From positions 29,769-54,559 of the forward strand of contig JBBDRO010000078.1 in NCBI GenBank assembly GCA_040905425.1: a DNA stretch of 24,791 bases, given 5' to 3'. The DNA is from Gemmatimonadota bacterium. GTDB taxonomy: Bacteria > Gemmatimonadota > Gemmatimonadetes > Longimicrobiales > RSA9. Below are positions 1 to 8,193 of this stretch, piece by piece. The notes beneath the pieces were generated by a model. That model made no database searches. It worked only from the letters and a program-made list of their open reading frames with translations, and had not been told where the DNA came from. A program made the position numbers and the translations under genes. The first letter of the stretch is position 1. The number at the start of each line of letters is the position of its first letter.

Positions 1-65
1 CGTCCGCCGCCTCGTCCGCCGCCTCGTCCGCCGCCTCGTCCGCCGCCTCGTCCGCCGCTTCGTCC
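1..65. repeat. 12-bp coding tandem repeat (CGTCCGCCGCCT)x5+, encoding (EAAD)n on the minus strand
   Basis: Four exact copies at 1-48, a one-mismatch copy at 49-60 and a partial copy at 61-65; it may continue beyond the window. Confidence 0.95.
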
Positions 66-355
66 CCCGCACCGGCCATGCGCACCGGGCCGCCGGAGAC
101 GCCCATGCCCAGCCGCTCCCGCCAGGTGCGCACGTCACGCAGGCGCTGCATGAGCTCCGCCTCCCGCCGGGCGTACTCCTCGTCATCCACCTCACCCAGT
201 TCCACCTGGAGCTGCAGGTCCAGGAGGTCGGACTTGATGGGCGCATCGCTGGTCAGCTCCTCGCGCACCACGCCCTCCACCTTCCCCAGGGAGAAATCCA
301 TGAGGAAGAGCGGCCCGGTAACGGGCCAGAAGAGCAGGTGCTTCAGCAGTCCCAC
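1..355 (-). CDS. gvpG: Gas vesicle protein GvpG-like, 3' end truncated by the window, with an acidic (EAAD)n tail
   Basis: Not in the ORF track. Read manually from GTG at 355: MGLLKHLLFWPVTGPLFLMDFSLGKVEGVVREELTSDAPIKSDLLDLQLQVELGEVDDEEYARREAELMQRL... The MGLL..LL..PV.G start and the L..LQ...ELGE.DDEEY..RE.EL..RL pattern are typical of GvpG. It lies 19 bp downstream of a GvpF/L gene. Confidence 0.8.
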   Translation of the reverse strand, partial: MGLLKHLLFWPVTGPLFLMDFSLGKVEGVVREELTSDAPIKSDLLDLQLQVELGEVDDEEYARREAELMQRLRDVRTWRERLGMGVSGGPVRMAGAGDEAADEAADEAADEAADEAAD

Positions 356-374
356 GGCGCGGCGCGGTGCGGGC

Positions 375-1184
375 TCAGCCGTCCGCCCGTTCCAGGCGCA
401 GCTTGATGTTCACGAAGTTGTAGGGGGGCCAGGGGCCGGTGTACTTGAAGGAGAGGGCGCCCTCATAGCGCTGGCTGAGGGCTTTCACGGACTCGTCCAT
501 CTCCTCCTCCCGGGGGCGCTCCACAAGGTAGGCCGCGTTCATGATCATGCGATCACCGATGGGCTTGTTCGAGCGGCTGGCCACGGCCACGGGCTTGAGC
601 GATTCGTGGATGTCCCGTACGTACTCGTTGGCCGTGTTCTCCAGCGCCGCCTCCACCAGCCGGCCGAGCTGCATGCGGGCAAAGTAGGTGGAGCTGCGGG
701 CGTTGCCGGTGATCTCCTCCTTGAGGCGCCGGATCTCGTCATCCGACTCCTCCACGCGCTGGATCACGGCGTCCCGGTCCCAGAGCACCTTCAGCCCGAA
801 CTCGATCTTGTCCCGCATTTTCTCGATCACGTCATCGAAGGCCCGGTACGTGGAGCGCAGCAGCTCCACGATGTCCTCCTGCGTGCGGAAGATGGTGCCG
901 AAGGACATGGGGATCACGGTGTGGCCGCGCATCACCGTTTCGTTGACCAGCTCGTGGGCCAGCACGTTTTCGCGCGTGGGATCGTAGAGACGGATGGGCG
1001 TGTCACTGACCACGGCCGCCAGGTCCTTGTGGTGGACCGTGTAGACGCGGTTGTTTCCCTCGCCGATGCCGATGGGGCCGAAGTTTCGCTGATCGGAACT
1101 CTTGACGATACAGTAGACGTACTTGCCCTCGTCCACCGTGGCTTCGGTCTCGTCGCCGGGCTGGATGGCTGCCTGGTTCATCAC
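375..1184 (-). CDS. gvpF: Gas vesicle protein, GvpL/GvpF family
   Basis: 269 aa with GKYVYCIV, LAAVVSD, NVLAHELV, VIPMSFGTIF, MIMNAAYLVER and the C-terminal YTGPWPPYNFV signature of GvpL/F. Confidence 0.92.
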   Translation of the reverse strand: MMNQAAIQPGDETEATVDEGKYVYCIVKSSDQRNFGPIGIGEGNNRVYTVHHKDLAAVVSDTPIRLYDPTRENVLAHELVNETVMRGHTVIPMSFGTIFRTQEDIVELLRSTYRAFDDVIEKMRDKIEFGLKVLWDRDAVIQRVEESDDEIRRLKEEITGNARSSTYFARMQLGRLVEAALENTANEYVRDIHESLKPVAVASRSNKPIGDRMIMNAAYLVERPREEEMDESVKALSQRYEGALSFKYTGPWPPYNFVNIKLRLERADG

Positions 1185-1308
1185 GCGTTCGTGTTCAGAG
1201 GAATGCCGCTGCTGCCGTTGAGATCAACTTCGGATCCGGGATCTGGGACGCGCGCCGACCCCGCCGCCCGCCACGCAAGAATGGGGCTCGACGTCCGGCT
1301 GGCCCGCG

Positions 1309-1436
1309 GCCGAGCCGGTGGCTCGTCCTCCGCCGGGCCCGAGGCCGGCCCTCCGCCGAGCCGGTGGCTCGTCCTCCGCCGAGCCCGAGGCCGGCGCTCC
1401 GCCGGGCCGGTGGCTCGTCCTCCGCCGGGCCCGAGG
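1309..1436. repeat. Intergenic 46-bp tandem repeat, about 2.8 copies, with internal palindromes (REP-like)
   Basis: Units at 1309-1354, 1355-1400 and 1401-1436, consensus GCCGAGCCGGTGGCTCGTCCTCCGCCGGGCCCGAGGCCGGCSCTCC. Each contains CGAGCC-GGT-GGCTCG (one mismatch in copy 3) and CCTC...GAGG. Confidence 0.92.
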
Positions 1437-1442
1437 ATTGCG
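1427..1442 (+). promoter_or_regulatory. Candidate sigma54 -24/-12 promoter for the lipoprotein-kinase operon
   Basis: GGGCCCGAGGATTGCG against consensus TGGCACG-N4-TTGC(A/T). GG(1428-9)-N10-GC(1440-1) spacing is exact and TTGC is present; about 85 bp upstream of ATG 1528. Confidence 0.35.
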
Positions 1443-1527
1443 TACGCGTTGCGTGCGTGCTCGCGCCGCTGCCGACCACGCACGATACTCCCCCAACGAG
1501 GTATTTGTCCACCGTAAGGAGTGAACC

Positions 1528-2127
1528 ATGAGAGCCTTTGCGCCGCTTGCCCTGTTCCTGGCCGCGGGAGTGGCCGGCTGCGCGACTCTGGGCCTGGGCG
1601 GCCCTTCCGAGGAGGAAGCCAGCCTGGAAGCCGGACTCGCCGCGTTGGCCGCGGGTGACTACCGTACCGCCCACGAGCATCTCGAGTGGACGGCCCGCAC
1701 GCATCCCGACGAGGTGGAGGGGCAGCGCGCACTGCTGGCGCTGGCCGCCGCCGAACTGGATCCGCGCAACCCCGCCCGCCGGCTGTGGGCCACCGCCGAT
1801 CTGGCCGAGCGCTACCTGGAGCTGCCCGAGGCGCCCGGCTGGACGCGTCCGCTGGCGGAAAGCCTCTTTCTCGTGGCGGCCGAGCTGGGCGCCGCGGAGG
1901 AGAGTGCCGTCGCAGCGGAGAGTGAAAATCGACGGTTGCGCTTCGAGGGTTCCACGGTGCCCGATCGTCTGCGCGACGCCGCCAGCGCCCGCGACGCCGC
2001 GCTCGTCGAGCGCAACGAACTGCAGACACGCCTGGACAGCATGGAGCGGGTGGTGAGCATACGCAACGATTCGATCACGGCGCTGAACAAGGAACTGGAA
2101 CGGATCCGCAAGCTGATCAAGCCTTGA
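1528..2127 (+). CDS. Helical lipoprotein with a C-terminal coiled coil (QseG/YfhG-like architecture)
   Basis: SD AAGGAG before the ATG; signal peptide with lipobox VAG-C18; TPR-like helices; heptad-rich C-terminus (ERNELQTRLDSMERVV...ITALNKELERIRKL). Confidence 0.8.
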   Translation: MRAFAPLALFLAAGVAGCATLGLGGPSEEEASLEAGLAALAAGDYRTAHEHLEWTARTHPDEVEGQRALLALAAAELDPRNPARRLWATADLAERYLELPEAPGWTRPLAESLFLVAAELGAAEESAVAAESENRRLRFEGSTVPDRLRDAASARDAALVERNELQTRLDSMERVVSIRNDSITALNKELERIRKLIKP

Positions 2128-2176
2128 ACCCGCGAGCCACGCCGATGCCGCCCACGCCTTCCGGGTACCACCACCC

Positions 2177-3724
2177 GTGACGCTGCGCACCCGTCTCATC
2201 CTGAGCCTCGGCGCCATTACCCTGGTGCTGGCGGTGCCGGCCATCTACGCGCTCTGGCACCTGGACGCGGTCACCGAGATCGCGCGCGGGCAGCAGCAGC
2301 GCCACGGCACCGCCGCCCGCACGATCGGCGCCATCCGCACCAACCTGGCACAGCTCGATGCCGCCCAGCGCGCCCAACTGGCAGTCCCGGACAGCGGCAC
2401 CATCATCAACCTGCAGGGCACCTACGCGGAACTCCTCATCCAGGCGGACACCCTGGCCTCGGCCAACTATATGGCGGCCGCCGATCTGGCCGAGGCCCGC
2501 GTGGACACCCTGGCGGCGCTCTCCCGCGAGATGGACCGCCTCTTCGAGGAGGACCCGGAACTGGCTTCCGAGGCGCACCGCGAGCTTTTCCAACCGCTGC
2601 TCGAGAACACGCTCGTCACCATGGATTCGGTGGCGGAAGTCATGATACGCCAGAGCAGCGACGACCTCCAGGAGGCCAGGCGGATCGCGGGGGAGGCGGC
2701 CGGCAGCACGCTGGCGGCGCTCGCCGTGGCCATGGCCATTGCCGTGCTCCTGGCCGTCTTCACCACGCGGCTGGTGAGCGGTCCGATCCAGCGGCTCAGG
2801 GTGGGCATGGCCGAGGTGGCGGGCGGGCGTTTCGAGGTGCCGACCGGGCTGCCCTACGAGCGCAAGGACGAGGTGGGAGACGTGTCCCGCTCCTTCCGCT
2901 CCATGACCGAGCAGCTGGCGGACCTGGAGCGTCTCAAGGCCGAGTTCATGAGCATTGCCACGCACGAGCTGAAGACGCCCATCAACGTCATTGCCGGCTA
3001 CGCCGAGCTCATGGAGGACCGCATCTTCGGCGAACTCTCCGAGCGTCAGGAGGAGGCGCTGCTGTCCATCTCGGAGCAGACCCGGGTGCTGACGCAGCTC
3101 GTCAACCAGTTGCTGGACATGAGCCGGCTGGAAGCGGGCGGGCTGAAGCTGGAGATGGATCGCCTGGTGGTGGCGGATCTTACCGAGCGTATCCGCCGCA
3201 CGTTTTTGGTGTTGGCGGACCGCAAGGACATCGGCTTCTCGGTGGAACTGCACGGGTCGGCGCCCGACACCATCCGCGCCGACGGCGACCGGCTGCGCGA
3301 CCAGGTGCTGGGCAACCTGCTCTCCAACGCGCTCAAGTTCACGCCGGAGGGCGGACGGGTGGACCTCAGCATTCTGGGGGAGGACAACGAGCTGGTCATC
3401 CGGGTGAGCGATTCCGGACCCGGCATCCCCGCCGACCAGCTGCCGCACATCTTCGACAAGTACTACCAGGTGGGCGCCCATGCCCGCTCGAAGGGTGCCG
3501 GGCTGGGCCTCACCATTGCGCACGAAGTGGTGGAGGCGCACGGCGGCAGCATCATCGCCGAGAGCCAGGAAGGGGAGGGCACCACCTTCACCATCCGTCT
3601 GCCGGCGGATGGGCACGCGGCAGCCGGTGGTGACGGCAAGCGCCCCCGTCTCTCGGCGGCCGCCATCGACCGCGCGGGTACCGGCGACCGGGACGAGCGC
3701 GCCGGCAATGCCAACCCGGCGTGA
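2177..3724 (+). CDS. Membrane sensor histidine kinase (2 TM, periplasmic helical domain, HAMP, HisKA, HATPase_c)
   Basis: HAMP (GPIQRL...DEVGDVSRSFRSM), H-box ATHELKTP, N-box NLLSNALKFT, G1 DSGPGI, F-box IFDKYY, G2 GAGLGL. Confidence 0.95.
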   Translation: MTLRTRLILSLGAITLVLAVPAIYALWHLDAVTEIARGQQQRHGTAARTIGAIRTNLAQLDAAQRAQLAVPDSGTIINLQGTYAELLIQADTLASANYMAAADLAEARVDTLAALSREMDRLFEEDPELASEAHRELFQPLLENTLVTMDSVAEVMIRQSSDDLQEARRIAGEAAGSTLAALAVAMAIAVLLAVFTTRLVSGPIQRLRVGMAEVAGGRFEVPTGLPYERKDEVGDVSRSFRSMTEQLADLERLKAEFMSIATHELKTPINVIAGYAELMEDRIFGELSERQEEALLSISEQTRVLTQLVNQLLDMSRLEAGGLKLEMDRLVVADLTERIRRTFLVLADRKDIGFSVELHGSAPDTIRADGDRLRDQVLGNLLSNALKFTPEGGRVDLSILGEDNELVIRVSDSGPGIPADQLPHIFDKYYQVGAHARSKGAGLGLTIAHEVVEAHGGSIIAESQEGEGTTFTIRLPADGHAAAGGDGKRPRLSAAAIDRAGTGDRDERAGNANPA

Positions 3725-3746
3725 GGGGCGCCAGGCGGGGTAGCGG

Positions 3747-4706
3747 GTGAGCCAGGAGGCGGCCGGACAGTTGCACGAAGAGGGCACCGGCAGCGTGGAC
3801 GACCCCCTGCACGACGTGGTCGTGATTGGCGGCGGGCCGGCCGGAATGGCGGCGGCCCTGTGGCTGGGGCGCTTCCGCCGGGACGTGGTGGTCGTGGACG
3901 GCGGCTCCCCCCGCAACGAAGCCACCTGGGCCGTGCACGGCTTTCCCGGTCTGGCGGACCCCCACCCTCACGAGCTGCGCCGCATCCTGCGCGACCAGGC
4001 GGCCGCCGCGGGCGCCACTCTCCTGCCCGGCGAGGCCATGGAGGCCAGTGGCGCGCGCGATGACTTCCGCACCGTGCTGGCCGACGGCTCGAGTCTGCGC
4101 AGCCGCCGCCTCGTCCTGGCGTATGGCCTGCGCGACCATCTGCCGGGGGTGGCGGGGCTGGCGGAACTCTACGGCACCTCCGTCTATCACTGCCCGGACT
4201 GTGACGGCCCGGCCACCGAGGGTGAGGACGTGGGCGTACTGGGCTGGGACAGGGCCGCCGCCAATCTGGCCCTCTACCTGCTGCACTGGGCCGCGTCGGT
4301 GACGCTCTTCACGAACGACAGAGGCGCGGAGCTGGGTGGGCGCGAACGCGGCGTGCTGACCCGGGAGGGCGTGCGCGTGCTCGACGCCCCGGTGAGCCGC
4401 GCCGTAGGCGCCGGGGGACGCCTGGTCCGGCTGGAGCTGGAGGACGGGCCGGGCGTGCCGCTGACCTATCTCTTCTTCCACCTGGGCAGCGAGCCGTGTT
4501 CCCAGCTGGCCGAGGGGCTGGGCTGCGCAACCGAGGGGGACGGGCTCCAGGTGGACCGCGGCCAGGAGACCAGCATCCCCGGCGTCCACGCCGTCGGCGA
4601 CCTGACGGGCGCCCCCCACCTGGCCTCCATCGCCGCCGCCGAAGGCGTCCGCGCCGCGCTGGCCTGCCACCGCTCCCTGCTGCCCCCCGAGCGGATGATC
4701 GAATAA
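3747..4706 (+). CDS. NAD(P)/FAD-dependent oxidoreductase, thioredoxin-reductase-like
   Basis: FAD motif VIGGGPAG, redox motif HCPDCDG, ETSIPGVHAVGD. The start could alternatively be GTG 3796 region (VDDPLHD). Confidence 0.9.
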   Translation: MSQEAAGQLHEEGTGSVDDPLHDVVVIGGGPAGMAAALWLGRFRRDVVVVDGGSPRNEATWAVHGFPGLADPHPHELRRILRDQAAAAGATLLPGEAMEASGARDDFRTVLADGSSLRSRRLVLAYGLRDHLPGVAGLAELYGTSVYHCPDCDGPATEGEDVGVLGWDRAAANLALYLLHWAASVTLFTNDRGAELGGRERGVLTREGVRVLDAPVSRAVGAGGRLVRLELEDGPGVPLTYLFFHLGSEPCSQLAEGLGCATEGDGLQVDRGQETSIPGVHAVGDLTGAPHLASIAAAEGVRAALACHRSLLPPERMIE

Positions 4707-4737
4707 GGCGGTTGGGGGGGCTGCATGGCCGCGCCGG

Positions 4738-5445
4738 CTACGGCGTGGCCGGTCCGCCCGCGCCCCGGCGCCAGGCCATGAGGCTGGCGCGGCCGGCGCG
4801 CGCGTAGATGTGGCTGGGATAGAGGTGGCAATCCGGCGTGTTGGTGCCGTTCACGCAGCCGTTGTAGCGCAGCAGCGCCCGGTCCAGGTCGCCGCCGGAC
4901 CGCTTCAGGTAGGCGGAGAAGATCTGTGCGCCGTGGCAGATGTTGGCCTCCACGTCCTCCAGGTCGGGGGCGCACGGCGCCCACTCACCTTCGTGGAACG
5001 GCATCACCTGCATGAGCCCGACCGCGCCCGCGAAGCTGCGGATCTCGGGATCCAGCCAGGGATTCTCCACCAGCAGCACGGCCAGCAGGAGGCGCGGCTC
5101 GAGCTCGGTGGCCAGCGCCTCGCGGTGCAGCGCCATGGCAATGCGGCGCACCAGGCGTTCGTCATCCGAGTAGGAGCGCAGCACGCGCTCCAGCGGCGCG
5201 ACCTGGCGATTGTAGTACGCCTCCGCCCCGCCCAGGGCGCGGCTCACCCGCTCCGTGCGCTCGGCCAGGGCGTCCGTCGGGTCTGCGCGACCGTACGCGG
5301 CCATGGCCGGCACGGCGCCGTAGACCGCCAGTCCCGCGCTAGCCGTCAGCACGAGCACCACCAGGCGCCGACGCCCGGTGGCCGCAGCGTGCGGTAACCT
5401 GAGTGTCAGGCAGAAGCGGGCGAAGTAGCGTATGTGTCCAAGCAT
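4738..5445 (-). CDS. Lytic transglycosylase, SLT domain, with an N-terminal membrane anchor
   Basis: LLLAVLLVEN (catalytic Glu position), GAVGLMQVMP, NICHGAQIF, ALLRYNG; hydrophobic N-terminal segment. Confidence 0.9.
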   Translation of the reverse strand: MLGHIRYFARFCLTLRLPHAAATGRRRLVVLVLTASAGLAVYGAVPAMAAYGRADPTDALAERTERVSRALGGAEAYYNRQVAPLERVLRSYSDDERLVRRIAMALHREALATELEPRLLLAVLLVENPWLDPEIRSFAGAVGLMQVMPFHEGEWAPCAPDLEDVEANICHGAQIFSAYLKRSGGDLDRALLRYNGCVNGTNTPDCHLYPSHIYARAGRASLMAWRRGAGGPATP

Positions 5446-5558
5446 CTATGTCTCTCTGTCCTCTGTATCGAAGCGTGCCGTCTGCATTTTATCGGGCCGG
5501 TCCAGAGGCCGGCGGTGGGGTGATTGAGCAAGCGCCGTTCCTCCCGTCGATTAGAATA

Positions 5559-5630
5559 TGTGGAAAACCGTCTATCGTTCTGTACTGTAGCGATATACGC
5601 CAGTGCATAAATCTTTGTTTTTGTGGAAAA
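5559..5630. promoter_or_regulatory. Cluster of DnaA-box matches in an AT-rich intergenic island
   Basis: TGTGGAAAA at 5559-5567 and 5622-5630 (reverse complement TTTTCCACA, a perfect TTWTNCACA), plus AGTGCATAA at 5602-5610 (one mismatch), all in the same orientation. Confidence 0.55.
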
Positions 5631-5649
5631 ACGGAATCCAGACAAGGCC

Positions 5650-7056
5650 TCAGGAGCCGTCCTCGAGTTCGGTCCAGCGTACCAGCTCACGCAGCGGTCC
5701 GCGGCCGTCGTGGAGGCCGTGGCCTGGCGGCCAGGGGGCAGCGCGGAAGGAGGTGACCCGCGTGGCGCCCAGGCGCCCGAGCGCCGCGGCCGCGGCCTCC
5801 AGCTCTTCGGCGCCAGCCACGGCCACGGTCTGCAGCGCCGCAGCGAGAGGCGTCAGACGCACCACGGCAGCACGCACCGAAGCCACCGGGTGGACCGTGA
5901 CGAAGCGGTTCAGGCAGCTGGCGCGCAGCTCACCCGTGGCATCCAGGACCACCGTCCACGCCGTGCCAGGGGCAGCGAAGATCTCCACCGGCGCTCCGGC
6001 AATGGCCCGGAATTCGGCCTCGTTGCGCAGGCGGTGGACGGCGGCGGCCTCGCCGGGCTCCAGGCCGCCGCGCGGCAGCGTCTCCTCGAGCTGCTCGAAC
6101 GCCGCCGCCAGCGCGCGCGTGAACGCCAGCGGCGTGACTGGGCAGCCGTCCACGACCAGCAGCGCCTGCGGCGAGACGCAGCCCTGCTGGTCCACCACGG
6201 CAATGGCCCGGGCGGCTTCCCGCGCCACGGTCTCCGCCCGGGCCGGGTCGGTCAGCGCGCCGGGACCCACGATGCCCACCGAGACGCGGGGCCCGTGCTC
6301 GACCAGGCGGGCCCCAGGCGGCGCGGCCCGCCGCAGCGCGGCCATGGCGGCCGCGTTCCCGTAGCCCACTGCCACGTCGGCGGCGGCCAGGGCCTCCTGC
6401 TCGGCGGGGCCTTCCCCCCCGGGCCAGTACGTCACCGCCAGGGCGTCTCCCAGCGCCGCGTGTTCGGTGGCCAGGGCGCGCGCGAAGAGCACGGGCAGGA
6501 CCGGCTCCCCGGCCGCGGTCTTGCCCACGCTGGCGCCGCGCACGAGCAGCACGCGGATGAGGGAGGTCACCGCCACGCCGGGCACGTTGCCCGCGAAGAC
6601 GTGCAGCGCCAGGCGGGGGCCGAACGCGCGCGCCCGCCGTCCACCGGGGAGCGCCACGAAGCCGTCCAGCGCGGCAGCCCCGCCCAGCTCCGCCTGCAGC
6701 AGGCGCTCGAGCGCGGGCGTCCGCCACTCCGCCGCCATGCGGTCCAGCACCAGCGTCACCATGGCGGGGTGGAAACCGGTCACGGCCGGCAGCAGCGCTG
6801 CGGCCTCCGCGCGCAGCGGGTCGGCGGGATCCACGAGGCGGGCCGCAACGCGGTTCACCGCGCCGATGATCTCCACGACCGGTACGCCGTCCAGCGCCTC
6901 CCGGGCGGCGGCCACACGGCCGGCCAGCTCGCGCATGGCGCCGGCGCGCAGCCACGGCCAGCGGAGCCGGACGCCGTCCGGCAGCACCCGCTCCCGCCAC
7001 TCCTCCACGTGGTCGGGCTCCAGGCCGGGCAGGTGCCACGCCTCGAAGACGCTCAC
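5650..7056 (-). CDS. luxC: Acyl-CoA reductase, LuxC family
   Basis: Real start is probably GTG 7056 (MSVFEAWHLPG), overlapping the luxE stop (GTGA), giving 468 aa. Motifs HVFAGNVPG, catalytic DQQGCVSPQ, and C-terminal HDGRGPLRELVRW. Confidence 0.9.
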   Translation of the reverse strand: MSVFEAWHLPGLEPDHVEEWRERVLPDGVRLRWPWLRAGAMRELAGRVAAAREALDGVPVVEIIGAVNRVAARLVDPADPLRAEAAALLPAVTGFHPAMVTLVLDRMAAEWRTPALERLLQAELGGAAALDGFVALPGGRRARAFGPRLALHVFAGNVPGVAVTSLIRVLLVRGASVGKTAAGEPVLPVLFARALATEHAALGDALAVTYWPGGEGPAEQEALAAADVAVGYGNAAAMAALRRAAPPGARLVEHGPRVSVGIVGPGALTDPARAETVAREAARAIAVVDQQGCVSPQALLVVDGCPVTPLAFTRALAAAFEQLEETLPRGGLEPGEAAAVHRLRNEAEFRAIAGAPVEIFAAPGTAWTVVLDATGELRASCLNRFVTVHPVASVRAAVVRLTPLAAALQTVAVAGAEELEAAAAALGRLGATRVTSFRAAPWPPGHGLHDGRGPLRELVRWTELEDGS

Positions 7057-8192
7057 GTGCCCCTCGCGGCGTCCAGGAGCTGGTCCATGGCGCGCGAGCA
7101 GCCGCGCGGCTCGGCGCTGGCCAGGCGCCCCTTCAGCAGGATGCGGCCGTCCGCCAGCACCACGCCCACGTCCTCCGTCTGCACGGCCGCCACGGAGCCC
7201 AGGTTGGCCAGGTCCACGTGGCGCAGGATGCCCTCCTCCCCGGGGGGGAGCGGCGCCAGCGTGTCGGGGTCCGCGGCCAGCGCGCGGAGCCACGGGGGGC
7301 CGGCCTTTGGGCGGGGGCCTGCCGGGGGGCCGGCCCCGCCCAGCACGCGCCGCCGCAGCACGTCGTCGTAATACTGCGAGAGCAGCTCGGTCATCCCGTA
7401 CTCGTTGACGCAGTGATCGGCGGGCAGCCCCAGCACGCGGCCGTAGGTGCGCCGCAGCGCCGCCTCCGACACTTCGCGCTCGTTGCCCTTGTAGCCACCC
7501 GTGTCCATGAGGCGCGAGCCGGCGGGCAGGGCAAAGCTCCGGCCCGCCGCATCCAGTTCCTCCAGCCAGCGGAGCAGCGCCAGCGACGTGCCCAGCAGGC
7601 AGACGGGCGTGCCCGCCGCCACGTGCTCGGCCAGGCGCGCCTCCAGGCCGGCGCGGTCCAGGCGGCCCGCGCCGTCCACGTAGACGCCGCCGCCGGGCAC
7701 GCCGCAGGCCGCCATGACGCGGTCCACCATGTGCGCCAGGGAGGAGTCGGGGACATCGGCCGCGGGCGGGACGAGCGAGCACATGGGCTGGCGCGCGCCG
7801 TCCGGAAGCAGATAGGCCGCGAAGGTGGGCAGGAGGGAGGCGTGGTAGAGTGCCGGGTCGCTTACATGATGCTCACCCCGGCGCTCCCGCCCCTGGGTGG
7901 TGCCGCTGGTACGGAAGAGGGCCGCCTCTCCCGCGGCCTCCCCCGACCCGCCCGCCGTGATCAGGGGCAGCGCCTTGAAGGCCTGCGTGGGAACGGCCGG
8001 GATGGCGGTCCAGTGCGCCACCCGGTCCGGGGTCAGCCCGCGGCGGCGGCAGAAAGCGGCGTAGGGCTCATTGTGCGCGTACTGCCAGGCGAAGACCCGC
8101 AGCGCGAGCGCTTCGAAGGCGTCCGGAGCCGCCTCCGCCACTGGGCTTCGCATGAAGGCGAGAAGGTCCTGGCGCGGGGATGCCTCCGCCAT
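7053..8192 (-). CDS. luxE: Acyl-protein synthetase, LuxE family
   Basis: FAWQYAHNEPYAAFC, IPAVPTQAFK, FRTSGTT (AMP-binding), MDTGGYKG, NEYGMTELLSQ, VQTEDVG, and GRLASAEPRGCS with the acyl-accepting Cys. Confidence 0.92.
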   Translation of the reverse strand: MAEASPRQDLLAFMRSPVAEAAPDAFEALALRVFAWQYAHNEPYAAFCRRRGLTPDRVAHWTAIPAVPTQAFKALPLITAGGSGEAAGEAALFRTSGTTQGRERRGEHHVSDPALYHASLLPTFAAYLLPDGARQPMCSLVPPAADVPDSSLAHMVDRVMAACGVPGGGVYVDGAGRLDRAGLEARLAEHVAAGTPVCLLGTSLALLRWLEELDAAGRSFALPAGSRLMDTGGYKGNEREVSEAALRRTYGRVLGLPADHCVNEYGMTELLSQYYDDVLRRRVLGGAGPPAGPRPKAGPPWLRALAADPDTLAPLPPGEEGILRHVDLANLGSVAAVQTEDVGVVLADGRILLKGRLASAEPRGCSRAMDQLLDAARGT

Positions 8193-8193
8193 G

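Noticed and set aside
1309..1436. Possible mini CRISPR array (36-bp repeats)
   Set aside because: The intervening segments are only 10 bp and nearly identical (CCGGCCCTCC, CCGGCGCTCC), and there are no cas genes; this is a tandem repeat.
78..1517. 479-aa plus-strand ORF and other long antisense ORFs (2117-3925, 8071-9936, 12324-14645, 15731-16705, 18062-20866)
   Set aside because: Shadow ORFs opposite well-supported genes, expected in high-GC DNA; no recognisable motifs.
5585..5601. LexA-like box CTGTAGCGATATACGC
   Set aside because: The right half-site does not match ACAG, and the LexA motif of this lineage is not known to me.
7057..7782. 242-aa N-terminal extension of LuxC in the 710-aa ORF, or a LuxE-LuxC fusion or frameshift
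   Set aside because: The extension is low-complexity Arg/Gly/Pro out-of-frame read-through of luxE; luxE ends normally and a GTGA coupled start exists at 7056.
5650..8192. Bioluminescence operon
   Set aside because: No luxA, luxB, luxD or luxG in the window; LuxCE alone cannot produce light.
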